From Gemmatimonadales bacterium (GTDB lineage Bacteria > Gemmatimonadota > Gemmatimonadetes > Gemmatimonadales > GWC2-71-9): DNA of 64,000 nucleotides. Shown in pieces: positions 63,657-64,000 of this stretch (the stretch's first letter is position 1; each line of letters opens with the position of its first letter). The notes under the pieces are model-generated. The model searched no databases. It had not been told where the DNA came from and saw nothing but the letters and a program-made list of their open reading frames with translations. The position numbers and the translations under genes were made by a program. Location: assembly GCA_049680185.1 (NCBI GenBank), contig JBAUHI010000076.1:4339-68338 (forward strand), read 5' to 3'.

Positions 63657-63729
63657 TGGAGGCGAGGGGGATCGAACCCCTGACCTCGTGAATGCCATTC
63701 ACGCGCTCTCCCAACTGAGCTACGCCCCC
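63657..63729 (-). tRNA. tRNA-Ala (anticodon GGC)
   Basis: GGGGGCGTAGCTCAGTTGGGAGAGCGCGTGAATGGCATTCACGAGGTCAGGGGTTCGATCCCCCTCGCCTCCA. G3:U70 identity pair present. Anticodon loop AT-GGC-AT. Confidence 0.9.
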
Positions 63730-63768
63730 GCTATCTTTCTTCCCCAAGACCCCTCTTGGGAGCGCGAA

Positions 63769-63797
63769 AAGCTACCCGGGCACTCCAGGAGAGTCAA
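63769..63797 (-). promoter_or_regulatory. Candidate sigma-70 promoter of the tRNA operon with a GC-rich discriminator
   Basis: Minus strand TTGACT (63797-92), 17 nt spacer, TAGCTT (63774-69), then TTCGCGC. About 40 nt upstream of the tRNA-Ala 5' end. Confidence 0.4.
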
Positions 63798-64000
63798 GCG
63801 AACCACGGCCCCCAGGCGATGTACACCACGAGCAGAAACCGGTGATGCGACAGAAGAAGAACCCCGCCACCAACCAGGGTGCCCGACCTTCGGGGACCAT
63901 CGAGCCCACTCTGGATCGGAGCCTCGGCCGCCCCCGCTCCGGACCCCGCCTCGACCCGGCGTCGAGTCCCGTGTCTCCGTCGGTCCGCACCAGCCGTCCC

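Noticed and set aside
63772-64000. Possible coding sequence at the window edge: track ORF 63772..63990 (minus), an open minus frame ending at 63794, and a plus-strand open frame from ATG 63845 running off the window.
   Set aside because: All are short, mutually exclusive, lack motifs and have weak ribosome-binding sites. The candidate tRNA-operon promoter overlaps them. This cannot be resolved without sequence beyond 64000.

Overview
Very GC-rich chromosomal window from a diderm bacterium. Gene content suggests an FCB-group or Gemmatimonadota-like organism, but that is inference only. All product calls come from reading the supplied translations and my own translations for motifs; no database search was run. 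About 63 protein genes are densely packed, often joined by 4-nt ATGA/GTGA overlaps. In order: ruvC-ruvA-(Zn-ribbon mini-ORF)-ruvB preceded by yebC; an envelope glycolipid block (three GT9 heptosyltransferase-like genes, three other glycosyltransferases, an MsbA-like exporter, a PorX-like receiver-PglZ regulator); patatin-ferredoxin fusion; tyrS; PBP1A; argR; an HNH protein; an NtrY/NtrX-like two-component operon carrying an Omp85-type barrel and a DUF4390-like protein; an NYN/OST-HTH protein; kbl-tdh; CDF transporter; rlmI; thiE; mltG; ruvX; rho; a conserved-but-uncharacterised RDD/SpoIIM-DUF4129-DUF4350-MoxR-DUF58 cluster interrupted by an M1 peptidase; arsR-arsM; a tandem Usp; kdpFABC-porin-kdpDE; and seven minus-strand tRNA genes. 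I saw no rRNA, CRISPR array, transposase, integrase or prophage genes. The main signal not explained by genes is a set of intergenic elements built from tandem 7-nt units. There are four full palindromic GTGAACG-type copies plus relics, a TATCRGC x6 array, and an AGAGYYN x11 array inside the tRNA cluster. Other points worth a second look: a CTG start for ruvC, a stand-alone 60-aa HisKA/DHp protein, a DnaB C-terminal-only ATPase in a glycosyltransferase operon, and phased direct repeats upstream of kdpF. Many very long ORFs in the track are antisense shadows typical of high-GC DNA and were rejected.
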